Assembly: GCA_048939765.1 (NCBI GenBank)
Contig: JBHLPF010000001.1
Span: forward strand, 1 to 64,000
DNA length: 64,000 bases
Source: Promethearchaeota archaeon
GTDB taxonomy: Archaea; Asgardarchaeota; Thorarchaeia; Thorarchaeales; Thorarchaeaceae
Reading direction: 5' to 3'
Positions 1 through 9,506 of the stretch are shown piece after piece (position 1 is the stretch's first letter; every line of letters begins with the position of its first letter). The notes beneath the pieces are model-generated. The model saw nothing but the letters and a program-made list of their open reading frames with translations, was not told the DNA's origin and made no database searches. The position numbers were made by a program, and so were the translations under genes.

Positions 1-978
1 GTCCAGACGTGCGACATATCTTCCATAATAGAATGAGTGTTCTGCAGTGCCTGAGCCATCAGAGAGCTCTGAGTGTGAATGTATGTCACCCCAGTAGATG
101 CAGGGGTCTGTATCAAGCAAATCCCTTACAATAATTGGATTGCTGTAGTAAGTGTTCTCAGTCACAGAGTCGTCCACCAGCAGATAGTGAATGCCAGGAG
201 TGTCTATAGTGACTGTGAACACATGCATACCATTGTCTTTTCTATCTCTAATCTCGTATGCAATGTCTGAACCGAACGTCTGTCCTGAGAATGTATAGGC
301 ATCTGGCAGGTCCGCAGATACAGTCTGGATTGTTGCGTAGGTGCTCAGGTTGTAGGACTCGAGTGAGAACTGCACTGTGCCCTTATAGACAGCACTCAGC
401 CGCTCATAGGCATCCCATGCCTCAACAGTGACATTAAACTCAGAACCAGCGTCTGCAACAGATGGAACATTTACCCATAGCAGTCGAGGTCTGTTGTCAA
501 ACATCACGCCAAGGTTGATGTTTACTGTTGACCAGAGTGTGACCGGTGCCAGGACGATGACGAGTATTGCCATCACCTTTGCTAGTTTCGGTAGAGATTT
601 TGTAAAGGCATACAACCTGTCTGTCCACTGCGATATGTCGACCCGCCACCTCAGGAAGACCTCCCACGTAATATAGACTGCCAGGTAGACTACAAACGGA
701 ATCGTGCCATAGAAGAAGGCCAGTTTCAGTGGAGATAGACCCAGTCCATAATCCGCAATATAGGTGCTAACACTCGCACAGACTGCCATGACTATTCCGT
801 GGCTTTTCCATGCTGGTTCTTTGGATAGAAGAAAGAAAGTCACACCGATAATCAGAGCAATGAAACTGAAGAAGAACATGTGAATTGTCACAAGTCCAAA
901 CAGTAGGACTACAACACGCGCAAATTTTCCCCGTCGTGAGGGCTTGGAATTTGTCGTCACGGACGTGTCTATATCCAA
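1..978 (-). CDS. Membrane-anchored PHP-fold/DUF3604-like metallohydrolase (partial, runs off the left edge)
   Basis: Not in the ORF track. Manual translation gives an open frame from TTG at 978 (after GGAGTG) with several N-terminal hydrophobic helices, a beta-rich region, then IYWGDIHSHSELSDGSG (PHP-type HxH...SDG motif). Confidence 0.75.
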   Translation of the reverse strand, partial: MDIDTSVTTNSKPSRRGKFARVVVLLFGLVTIHMFFFSFIALIIGVTFFLLSKEPAWKSHGIVMAVCASVSTYIADYGLGLSPLKLAFFYGTIPFVVYLAVYITWEVFLRWRVDISQWTDRLYAFTKSLPKLAKVMAILVIVLAPVTLWSTVNINLGVMFDNRPRLLWVNVPSVADAGSEFNVTVEAWDAYERLSAVYKGTVQFSLESYNLSTYATIQTVSADLPDAYTFSGQTFGSDIAYEIRDRKDNGMHVFTVTIDTPGIHYLLVDDSVTENTYYSNPIIVRDLLDTDPCIYWGDIHSHSELSDGSGTAEHSFYYGRYVARLD

Positions 979-1143
979 TCTTTGCACACTCCATCATGAA
1001 ACATGTCGAACCTGACGGGTACGTGACGTTCGTTCTCAGACAAGATGCAATCCCGAGGACGCAGAACGCTCTCTTAAATTAAGTCAAGTCTTCTGAAGGT
1101 ACAGAAATTCACTGGGCAGGGGCATGAAGAACAAAAGACAAGT

Positions 1144-1554
1144 TCAGAGCCTTATTGGATTTGGCCCAATCTTCCGGATCTCCTCAGCAAACTTGTTGAC
1201 CTCAGTGGCGAACTTGTCACCCTCAGCGGCACTCACAAATACCATCTTGACTCTATCTTCATTCAATCCAAGCTGCCCAACTAGTTTTCGTGCGAATCTG
1301 ACTCTCCTCTCTGCCCCCAAGTTCCCTGTCTTGTAGGCACAATCCCCAGGATGGCAGCCCACAACCAATACGCCATCCGCCCCCTCTTGCAGCGCCTTCA
1401 GGATGAAGTTGATATCGAGCCTAGCGGTGCACGGCATTCTGATGATGCGGCTCGTCACATCGTACTGCAGCTTCATCGTGCCCGCCAGGTCTGCTGCGGC
1501 GTACATGCATTGCATGCATCCAAACACGATGATGTTCATGTCCTTGGGCGGCAT
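1144..1554 (-). CDS. mvhD: MvhD-type hydrogenase iron-sulfur subunit ([2Fe-2S])
   Basis: GCMQCMYAAADLAG, RMPCTAR, GADGVLVVGCHPGDCAY and VSAAEG motifs. Confidence 0.93.
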   Translation of the reverse strand: MPPKDMNIIVFGCMQCMYAAADLAGTMKLQYDVTSRIIRMPCTARLDINFILKALQEGADGVLVVGCHPGDCAYKTGNLGAERRVRFARKLVGQLGLNEDRVKMVFVSAAEGDKFATEVNKFAEEIRKIGPNPIRL

Positions 1555-1604
1555 TCTCAATCATACACCTGAGAAGGTCTGTTCTCGGGCTTGACTCTGC
1601 GTGA

Positions 1605-1617
1605 CATATAACCTTTC
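1605..1617 (-). promoter_or_regulatory. BRE/TATA promoter of mvhD
   Basis: Minus strand GAAAGGTTATATG about 50 nt upstream of the start. Confidence 0.55.
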
Positions 1618-1665
1618 AGATAGTAATCAATGAGGTTTTTGTAAGGATATCTTCGGCTGCATGCA
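1611..1665. repeat. Direct repeat, copy A (partner at 3966..4019)
   Basis: acctttcagatagtaatcaat (21 nt) identical in both copies; about 49 of 55 positions identical by manual alignment. Confidence 0.9.
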
Positions 1666-1954
1666 TCGTCCTATTCTAGGTCTTCTTAGAAGGCGAGTGA
1701 ACCCTCTCGACTACCTTCAACTCCCGTGTTCCACCAATCTCACGACACTCGTCGCCGACTGAGATTCACCCCACAAGTTGGCTCTTCTCTGAGTGTCACC
1801 AGTACTCTGGCCTGTAAAGGTCCCGCAATAACCTGTTCCGAGGTTTCCAACAGATGTCCCCATATCGTGAGCCGATAATGTTCTTTATACAGCTTATTGA
1901 CGGAGTAATGTTGAAGGATCAGCCTGCAAGATCTGGAATACAAGGGAATACACT

Positions 1955-3889
1955 ATGAGCTATGTATACATGAAAGCCCTCGAATCATCGCCTGAACGAT
2001 ATGACAAGGGGATCCGATGGCTTGGATGGGGCAATTTGGACAAGATTCGGAATCGCATAGCGGAGCTTGCTGAATCGAATGGACAAGATGTACTTGAGAT
2101 TGGAGTTGGAACTGGCACTCAAGCCATATTGTTCGCTGAGCGTGGCCTCAATGTTGTTGGATTTGACCAATCTGCCGAGATGCTTTCTATTGCCAAGTTG
2201 AAACTTGATAAGATGCAAAACGAGGATGCGGAGGCAAGGGAGATTGCGTCAGGAATCAGGCTCTTGCAGAAGTCCGCAGCAGAAATAGACGAGTTCTCAG
2301 CAGAGTCTTTCGATATTGTCACGTCCACACTGGTGTTCTCAGAGCTCTTTCCGTATGAACGAAGATATGTCCTAGCAAATGCTTTTCGAGTTCTGAAACC
2401 AGGCGGAGCTTTAATCTTGGCAGATGAGGTCGTACCTAGAAAGAGGATTAACCGGCTAGCATATGGAATCGTTTCACTTCCTCTGAAACTCATCACATAC
2501 CTGGTCACCCAGACGTCAACAAAGCCATTGCATGATATGTTGGAGAGAATAGAGGAAGCTGGATTTGCTATCGAACAGACTGTAGAGTATCAACTTGGTG
2601 CATTCAAAGTGATCGTGGCACGGAAACGCCAAGCTGCGGTTTCTTCAGATACATCGCTTTTAGTACCAGAATCGGATACTCTCTCTCCTCCAGCAGGAGG
2701 CGTCCTTTCTACCTTTTGGCAAACCGCAACAAGAATGTTTGCTCATCCTACTGACATTGGACTGATTGCAGTTGGTAATCCGACACGAGACAGCCCAGTT
2801 CTCTGCACATGCAACTTCAAACTTACTGTCCAACGACTCTGTCAGCTACTAAAGAGGAAATGTATCAATGCATGGGTTCTCGTGTCTCCGACTGGCGGAG
2901 ATAATGTCTGGTGTGCCTCCGAGGCTGGGAAGTTCAATGCAGAATCAGTGATCACTGCTATCAAAGTGTCCCACTTGGATAAGTATGTCAGTCATCGTCA
3001 GATTATACTTCCACAGTTAGCGGCTCCTGGTGTCAATCCCCACAGAATAAGGCAAACAACTGGATGGCATTGTATATGGGGACCAGTTCGAATGGATGAC
3101 TTGCCAGATTATTTGGAGAGCTTTCCTGATATTATTGGGAAGAAGACAGAAGCACAAAGGACTGTCACTTTTGATGTCCAGGAGCGCATCGAGATGGCAT
3201 TAGTCATACTGTTTCCAATGCTCCTGTTCCTTGGAGTCCCTCTATTCCTTTTTCTAATCATATTGAGCCTTTGGGGTTGGATTCTACCGCTTCTACTTGA
3301 AAGCGTATTCTACTATCTTGGGATTTTTCTCCTTTGGCCGAAAATTCCTGCGAGAATAGGACCAAAGAAAGTTGTGATCTATTCTACAGTATTCATGTTT
3401 GCACTTCTCCTAGGCTCGTGGGTATCAACTCAATTTATAGAGTCTGCATTTTCAAGTGCATTCCTATTCAGTGATATATTGGCAGCACTGAACTGGTGGC
3501 CGCTTCAAGCATTTATGTTAGTCCTAGCGGTGATGCTGTGGTATGATGCGGATGGATCAACTCCTACGCAGAGAAGTACGCTCCTTGCAAATGCGTGGAA
3601 CAAAGGGAAGACCAAGGTGTTAGAGAGATGGGGAAGTCACGTGTCTCCAACGCAATACGGGATAATCACTGCTCGGGTTGAGTTGTGCACAGGTTGCGGC
3701 AACTGTGTGGATGTTTGTCCGATGTTGATTCCAGAGGTTGAAACGGAGAGCACGAAGGTTCGTCTTAGGAACCCTGATCATTGTATCAATTGTCGTGCAT
3801 GTATCAATCAATGCCCAACCAACACGCTTTTCCTAGCCCCTGAAACAGAGGCTGCTAGACTCGCATTAGAGCGCCTTCAAAACAAGTAG
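1955..3889 (+). CDS. Fusion of class I SAM methyltransferase, HgcA-like corrinoid and membrane domain, and HgcB-like 2x[4Fe-4S] ferredoxin
   Basis: VLEIGVGTG (SAM motif I) and VLKPGG; GNPTRDSPVLCTCNF, GGDNVWCASEAGKF, HRQIILPQLAAPGV and WGPVR (HgcA/CdhD-like); about 4 TM helices; CTGCGNCVDVCP and CINCRACINQCP. Confidence 0.88.
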   Translation: MSYVYMKALESSPERYDKGIRWLGWGNLDKIRNRIAELAESNGQDVLEIGVGTGTQAILFAERGLNVVGFDQSAEMLSIAKLKLDKMQNEDAEAREIASGIRLLQKSAAEIDEFSAESFDIVTSTLVFSELFPYERRYVLANAFRVLKPGGALILADEVVPRKRINRLAYGIVSLPLKLITYLVTQTSTKPLHDMLERIEEAGFAIEQTVEYQLGAFKVIVARKRQAAVSSDTSLLVPESDTLSPPAGGVLSTFWQTATRMFAHPTDIGLIAVGNPTRDSPVLCTCNFKLTVQRLCQLLKRKCINAWVLVSPTGGDNVWCASEAGKFNAESVITAIKVSHLDKYVSHRQIILPQLAAPGVNPHRIRQTTGWHCIWGPVRMDDLPDYLESFPDIIGKKTEAQRTVTFDVQERIEMALVILFPMLLFLGVPLFLFLIILSLWGWILPLLLESVFYYLGIFLLWPKIPARIGPKKVVIYSTVFMFALLLGSWVSTQFIESAFSSAFLFSDILAALNWWPLQAFMLVLAVMLWYDADGSTPTQRSTLLANAWNKGKTKVLERWGSHVSPTQYGIITARVELCTGCGNCVDVCPMLIPEVETESTKVRLRNPDHCINCRACINQCPTNTLFLAPETEAARLALERLQNK

Positions 3890-3965
3890 GTTCATGCCTT
3901 TTGATGGCATTGGCAGTCATTCGCCTAAGGATGATGGTAACGGGCTAGTCTTGACACCCCATACG

Positions 3966-4019
3966 ACCTTTCAGATAGTAATCAATTGGTTTTTGTGGGA
4001 ATATCTTCCGCTGCATGCA
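3966..4019. repeat. Direct repeat, copy B (partner at 1611..1665)
   Basis: See copy A; overlaps the 3' end of the 3982..4674 gene. Confidence 0.9.
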
Positions 4020-4674
4020 CTGACCTGTTTCCTGTATCCCTAGGCCTGGTATGTCTGGAATAATGCTCGGGCCAGCCCGGCATAGGACTCGCCTTCCATG
4101 ATTCGAAATCAGGAAGATAGTTGTGAAGGTGAGTAAGTGTAAACTTGGTGTTCAACCGATCATTATCATGGAACAGACTCCTTCGATTTCCAGAGAAGAT
4201 AATCCGTTCAATCCTACCGTTCTTCATTCCGATGTCAATCCATTCTACATGGCTCCATTCTATGGCAATGCCGTATTTCTTCCATCCAATGCCAAGCGCA
4301 TTGATGATGATTGAGTCAGTCCGCCTCTCATAGAAATACATGCCAGCGGAGAATAAGAAGTAGATAGATAGGATAGCAAGGAAGAAGAGAAACGTCTCTG
4401 ACAAAAAGGTCTGAGTCACAAATCCGCTAAGAGTTGCTGCCAAGAGTATGATGATGCTAGTAAAGGTCAATGCGACAAAGAAATACAGAGCCTGTGAGCC
4501 GGTTACATACTGATGAAACACCTCATGATTGGGGTCCCCTTCAATTCTCTTGAGTAATTCACTGGACTTCATAGAATCCGGATGTAGCGTGGTTCTGAAG
4601 TGTCCCCATTCCTCGTCATATTCAGATAACTCTAGAATCTCTTCTTCTGTGAAGCCACTGTTGTCCTTGTCCAC
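3982..4674 (-). CDS. Hypothetical membrane protein (2 TM helices plus a possible PH-like C-terminal domain)
   Basis: Likely GTG start overlapping the TAG of the upstream gene, after GGAGG; two hydrophobic helices followed by IEWSHVEWIDI. Confidence 0.65.
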   Translation of the reverse strand: MDKDNSGFTEEEILELSEYDEEWGHFRTTLHPDSMKSSELLKRIEGDPNHEVFHQYVTGSQALYFFVALTFTSIIILLAATLSGFVTQTFLSETFLFFLAILSIYFLFSAGMYFYERRTDSIIINALGIGWKKYGIAIEWSHVEWIDIGMKNGRIERIIFSGNRRSLFHDNDRLNTKFTLTHLHNYLPDFESWKASPMPGWPEHYSRHTRPRDTGNRSVHAAEDIPTKTN

Positions 4675-5507
4675 TAGGAGCCCTCCTTGCGTTGGTGAGG
4701 CGTTCTTGGCGGTCTGCGCTTCTTTCTCGGTGCCACTTCCTTGACCAGAGCCTCGACCTCCTTCACAGTGCCCATTCTCTTCAAGACCGGCATCCCGTTG
4801 ATGCACACTCCTCTAGAGAGGCCGTAGTCTTCAAGCACACTTCTCTTATCAGTGTTGACGGATTTCACGACTACATCATACTTCTTCAGGTTCCTTGTCA
4901 CCTTGTCGACCATCCATCCGGACCAAGGGCACTGAGAGTTGAAGAGAATCTCGACGAGTGTCTGATCACTATCTGAAACAGCTCTCTTCCTTGAAGGTAA
5001 TAGTGATGGTTTCTCCTTTCCGCCTAGGTCCAAATGAAGCAAGACTCTTGTTCCGTCGCGATCTATTTCTCGAAAATCAAAACGCTTGAAGAAACTGGAA
5101 GGCATGTATTCCATGAAACCAAACCACTTGTCCCCCTGATACCCGAGTACTGTCAGACCCCCAAAAGACTTGCCCTTCTCAATGGCGCGATTAAGCAGAG
5201 CCTTTGCCGTTCCACTCCCCCATGCAGGCGGCACGACCCACATGCAGTTAATGAAGAGTGAGTCTTCCCCTGTGACGGGTTCTGATGCAAGCTCCAAAGG
5301 GCAGTACTCTATCAATCCCTTCTTTTCTCCTCTTGGACCAAGAGCAATGGTCACACCAAGGCCTCTTCTCATCATGGCTCTAAGCCATGACTTCCTATGC
5401 TCCATACACGGAGCCATGACCTCCTTCCACTTCTTGGGAACACTAGGGTCTAAGCAGATGGCCTCAACAAGGTCGATCTCTTCTGCATCCAGATCATGAA
5501 CTGACAT
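4674..5507 (-). CDS. GNAT acetyltransferase with C-terminal thioredoxin-like (YoaP-like) domain
   Basis: GLIEY, FINCMWV, WGSGTAKALL (GNAT motif A), FFKRFDF; C-terminal SQCPW. Confidence 0.75.
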   Translation of the reverse strand: MSVHDLDAEEIDLVEAICLDPSVPKKWKEVMAPCMEHRKSWLRAMMRRGLGVTIALGPRGEKKGLIEYCPLELASEPVTGEDSLFINCMWVVPPAWGSGTAKALLNRAIEKGKSFGGLTVLGYQGDKWFGFMEYMPSSFFKRFDFREIDRDGTRVLLHLDLGGKEKPSLLPSRKRAVSDSDQTLVEILFNSQCPWSGWMVDKVTRNLKKYDVVVKSVNTDKRSVLEDYGLSRGVCINGMPVLKRMGTVKEVEALVKEVAPRKKRRPPRTPHQRKEGS

Positions 5508-5595
5508 GATTGGTGTTAATCTGGGACAGGAATGACTTGAGTTTTTGGGGAGAATCAAGGGCTTTGGATGTATAGGCCTCGTGGGGCATGCCATG

Positions 5596-6081
5596 TCACA
5601 CAATGGGGATGAACAAGGATGCCATCACCAAGGAACCGAAGACCAATTGAAGAAGCCCCGAAACTACACCCGTGTTTCTTCGGAATTTTGCCAATATTCC
5701 AAGATGGACCAAGCCATTCAAGATACTATTTAGTGACACACCTAGGCCAAATAGCAATGCCCACGGAGCGCCATTGGCAATAGGAATGTAGAACAAGAAA
5801 CTCAGGAGCACGATTGAATGTGAAAATGCCACAAAGAATGCCTTGTCATAGAGTGATTCTCTTGGAGTGCCATCAGGGTTCTTACGAAGCTGACCCTCTA
5901 CTTCCCATGCTTTTGTGAAGTCTTCCTCTAGGAAGTGTAGCGCATTAGCGAAACATACCAGAAGAAACATTGTTGAAGAGTAGCTCAGAACCGAAACAAC
6001 ATCGGGAAATATCAGTCCAGCGAATATCGATGTTATGATGAGTAGAGTCAGAAAAGCAACAAGAGGCTTGAAGATCTTCAT
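5596..6081 (-). CDS. HXXEE-domain membrane protein
   Basis: LHFLEE motif in a multi-TM protein with N..H..G.....PG-like motif (NGLVHLG, NTGVVSG). Confidence 0.75.
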   Translation of the reverse strand: MKIFKPLVAFLTLLIITSIFAGLIFPDVVSVLSYSSTMFLLVCFANALHFLEEDFTKAWEVEGQLRKNPDGTPRESLYDKAFFVAFSHSIVLLSFLFYIPIANGAPWALLFGLGVSLNSILNGLVHLGILAKFRRNTGVVSGLLQLVFGSLVMASLFIPIV

Positions 6082-6589
6082 CGAAATCGATGTTGATGTT
6101 GTGAGTCGTACCTATCAATGTTCAGATATTCGCGAGATGAGGGAATTCTGGCAGCTAAGTACAGATTTGTGCAGCCATCTCAGGACTTATTAGAGAATGG
6201 GACTTCACTATAGTTAAGCCGCTCAAGAGGCGCCTGCCAATAGCGTCTGGGCTCTTCGTACTGAACAAGACCACGAACCCAACCGAAAGTGGTTGAGTGA
6301 CAAAGACAGGACAAGAACAGGTTGGCGGACGGTTAGGCTATGTGTCGAAGTACTGGTTCGATCGTACAAGATGCGCAAAAAGTAGCTTGACTGAACGAGA
6401 AGAATCGACCTCTGTTGGAGCTAAGACTTGGGCGGCTTTCCTGCGTTTTGGTACGTGTCAAGTCCTCTTCATTCAAGTGATTGATTGGGTAATTCTGACA
6501 AGATATTTAGGCCAGCGATGAGTAGTTGTTTTGAGGTTGTTGCCGGGAGATGACACCTCAGCACATGTATGTGTGGAGTGTGAGAGAAT

Positions 6590-7798
6590 TTGAGTAGTTC
6601 AAGAACGATGGCAATGTCCATTATCCTTCTGATAGTAGGCGTTGGTCTCGGCTTCGGAGTAGGTTTTCTGACCTATGCTGGCGGACCTGGGGGACCAGGT
6701 ACCGATCTGGGGACTCTGAAGGCGGGCTTTATTTACGTCGGCCCTATAGGAGACTACGGATGGACCAATGCCCATGATGTAGGAAGACGGTATGTAGATG
6801 ACAAGTATGACTGGCTCACCACTACGTATTTGGAATCAGTGCCAGAAGCAACGGCAGGAGATAGAATTGACTATCTGATCGAAAATGAAGGCTGTGATGT
6901 AGTCTTCACGACGTCTTTTGGTTTCATGGATGCGACAATTGCAGCTGGAGCTCGACATCCTGACAAGATGTTCTTCCACTGTTCAGGATATCTGAGAAGT
7001 GACAATGTAGGGACATACTTCGCAGACTTCTATCAGCTGTACTATCTAAATGGATTGATGGCTGGCGCACTTACCCAGACAGGCAAGTTAGGCTACGTTG
7101 CAGCATTCCCGCTACCAGAACTTATCAGACATATCGATGCGTTTGCGATTGGCGCTAAAGAGGTCAATGATTCAGCTACTGTTGATGTGCGTTGGCTTCA
7201 GACAGATTGGTTTGATCCTGCTGGCGCAACGACTGCAGCTAACGCCCTGGTAGGTACAGGAGTTGACATGCTTGCCTTCACAGAAGACTCTACTGCTGTG
7301 CCACTTGTGGCAAACTCTACAGATGGCGTGTATGTCTTCAGTCACTATTCACCAATGCAGTCCTATGCTCCGACTAGCACCATAAGCGGCCAATTGGCGG
7401 ACTGGGGCGTAATCTATGATGATATAATTCAGAAGATATACCTTGGTCAGTATACAAACACAAACCTGGAAGATGTCGACTATCTCTGGCTGCTTCAGGA
7501 GGGCGGAATCGAGCTCGGCGGTGAGTTTGGAGTTCCAATCAACCCCCTGTTCGAGGATGATCTCAAGGCTGTCAGCGTGGATGATCCCCTTCTTGGCACT
7601 ATTAGCGTCTATGATCTTGTCATGACAAGAATAGCGCAGATGAGCAATCCGAATGTGGTCTTTGATCCATTCTCAGGACCATTGGACTTCAAGAATGGAA
7701 CACAATGGTTGGCAGAGGGAGAACGTGCTGACATGGGAACGCTGTTGACTATGGATTGGTTTGTGGATGGACTAATTGCAGACATACCTACTCCATGA
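6590..7798 (+). CDS. BMP-family ABC transporter substrate-binding protein (nucleoside/purine type)
   Basis: N-terminal anchor; GFIYVGPIGDYGWTNAHDVGR, FTTSFGF and LAG..T.TGKLGYVAA-type motifs. Confidence 0.92.
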   Translation: MSSSRTMAMSIILLIVGVGLGFGVGFLTYAGGPGGPGTDLGTLKAGFIYVGPIGDYGWTNAHDVGRRYVDDKYDWLTTTYLESVPEATAGDRIDYLIENEGCDVVFTTSFGFMDATIAAGARHPDKMFFHCSGYLRSDNVGTYFADFYQLYYLNGLMAGALTQTGKLGYVAAFPLPELIRHIDAFAIGAKEVNDSATVDVRWLQTDWFDPAGATTAANALVGTGVDMLAFTEDSTAVPLVANSTDGVYVFSHYSPMQSYAPTSTISGQLADWGVIYDDIIQKIYLGQYTNTNLEDVDYLWLLQEGGIELGGEFGVPINPLFEDDLKAVSVDDPLLGTISVYDLVMTRIAQMSNPNVVFDPFSGPLDFKNGTQWLAEGERADMGTLLTMDWFVDGLIADIPTP

Positions 7799-7808
7799 CC
7801 TAGCTTAA

Positions 7809-7841
7809 GGGGGACTAAAGATCCCCCATCTCTTTCTTTTT
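7809..7841 (+). terminator. Hairpin plus pyrimidine/T-tract after the BMP gene
   Basis: GGGGGA-ctaaaga-TCCCCC followed by atctctttcttttt. Confidence 0.65.
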
Positions 7842-7918
7842 GATGGGTTTTTCTAGAAGCCTACTATTGAAATACTACAAATCCCCGTATAGGGTCTAAG
7901 AATGCAGGGGAAGTTCGC

Positions 7919-9505
7919 ATGGAAACTGCACTAGAGATGCGAGATGTCTGTAAGACCTACTACGGTGAGGGCGAGGTCGAAATACACGCGAATGACCATG
8001 TCAACTTCACACTCAAGAGAGGAGAGATACATGCCCTACTAGGTGAGAATGGGGCGGGAAAGAGCACTCTCGTGATGAATCTGTGTCGAAGACCTGACAG
8101 TGGAACTGTAATCATAGGAGGAAAAGAACTAGAATTAAGGACCCCCAAGGATGCGCTTGAAAATGGGATTGGAATTGCCTACCAGGATTTGTCTCGCACA
8201 CTGATTGAAAGGCATACTGTTGCGGAAAATGTCTTGAGTCTGACAAAGGGCTTCTTTCTATCCATAGACACAGTGGAAGAGGCTGTGAGGGAGGCACTAC
8301 AAAAGTTTGACCTGGGCGAACTTGACCCAAAGATGGTGGTATGGAAACTATCCGGCGGAGAAAAGCAACGAGTGGAGATTCTAAAGGCACTCATAACCGA
8401 TCCTGAAATAATCATCCTTGATGAGCCTACCTCCATGTTGACTCCGCCTGAGGTCGATGGCCTGTTTGCCCTTCTCGAGTCGTTGAAAGCTAGTGGAAAA
8501 GGTATTGTCATAATAACACATCATTTGGAGGAGGCCATACGGATAAGCGACCGGATAACAGTCTTGAGAAGAGGGAGGGTGGTGGAAACACTCGATGAGG
8601 GTCGAGTCGGGAAGCTAAAATCTGATCCTAGAAAGGGTGTTCGTGAGCTTGCTCAACTGATGGTGGGTCGAGATGCGTTGTATGACCTGAAGCGAAAAGC
8701 GTTGGATGAAGGACAAGTGATACTGGAAACCAAAAGCTTGTGTGTCGACAATGACATGGGGATGCAAGTCGTAAACAATGTCAGTTTCAGTGTACGAAAC
8801 GGGGAGATTTTGGGCATTGCAGGGATTGCGGGCAATGGCCAACGAGAGATGCTGGAAGCAATTGTACATCTACGAGATGTGAAGATAGGAGAGGTATTGC
8901 TACATACAGACAGTGGTGTAGTGAACATCACAAACATGCCTGTAGGCACAATCAGGAATCTAGGTGTGTCATACATTCCAGAGAATAGGAAGAAAGCAAT
9001 GGTGTTGGACCTCACTGTAAGAGACAACCTCTTGATGAGCTACTACTCTGACTCGAAAGGACTCTTGATTGACCGCCAAAAAATGGTCAAGTTGACGGAT
9101 GAGCTCATAGAGCAGTTTTCGATAGACACTCCCAGCCCCCTAGCACCCATGAGAAGTCTATCTGGTGGAAATAAGCAGAAAGTCGTCGTGGCCAGAGAGA
9201 TTTCACGGAAACCGTTGCAGGGTTCAAAGCGTATCCTGATTGCTGAGAATCCAACATTTGGGCTAGATGTTGCCACAACCCAATTCGTTCGCGAGGAACT
9301 TCTGAAGCAGCGTGATACAGGTGCCGCTGTACTTCTGATTTCCAGTGATCTGACCGAGATTCTCACTTTGTGTGACAGAATCAGCGTGATTTACAAGGGG
9401 GAAATCATTGGGACCTTGTCATCTGAACAAGCTGATCGGGAAACAGTCGGTCTCATGATGGGCGGATTTGTTGCTGATTCAATGACTGGTGAGGAGGGGA
9501 ACTAG
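7919..9505 (+). CDS. Nucleoside/sugar ABC transporter ATP-binding protein (double ABC domain)
   Basis: GENGAGKST, LSGGEKQR, ILDEPT; second domain GIAGNGQ and LSGGNKQK. Confidence 0.95.
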   Translation: METALEMRDVCKTYYGEGEVEIHANDHVNFTLKRGEIHALLGENGAGKSTLVMNLCRRPDSGTVIIGGKELELRTPKDALENGIGIAYQDLSRTLIERHTVAENVLSLTKGFFLSIDTVEEAVREALQKFDLGELDPKMVVWKLSGGEKQRVEILKALITDPEIIILDEPTSMLTPPEVDGLFALLESLKASGKGIVIITHHLEEAIRISDRITVLRRGRVVETLDEGRVGKLKSDPRKGVRELAQLMVGRDALYDLKRKALDEGQVILETKSLCVDNDMGMQVVNNVSFSVRNGEILGIAGIAGNGQREMLEAIVHLRDVKIGEVLLHTDSGVVNITNMPVGTIRNLGVSYIPENRKKAMVLDLTVRDNLLMSYYSDSKGLLIDRQKMVKLTDELIEQFSIDTPSPLAPMRSLSGGNKQKVVVAREISRKPLQGSKRILIAENPTFGLDVATTQFVREELLKQRDTGAAVLLISSDLTEILTLCDRISVIYKGEIIGTLSSEQADRETVGLMMGGFVADSMTGEEGN

Positions 9506-9506
9506 T

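Noticed and set aside
1144-1554. MvhD or HdrA as selenoproteins
   Set aside because: All ligand positions are ordinary Cys codons and there is no in-frame TGA.
1955-3889. Calling this gene bona fide hgcA/hgcB (mercury methylation)
   Set aside because: The cap-helix motif deviates (NVWCASEAG), the architecture is fused and the HgcB Cys tail is absent, so function cannot be asserted.
6515-6560. Fluoride-riboswitch-like words (GCGATG...GATGAC)
   Set aside because: The required P1/pseudoknot pairing is absent and the downstream gene is not fluoride-related.
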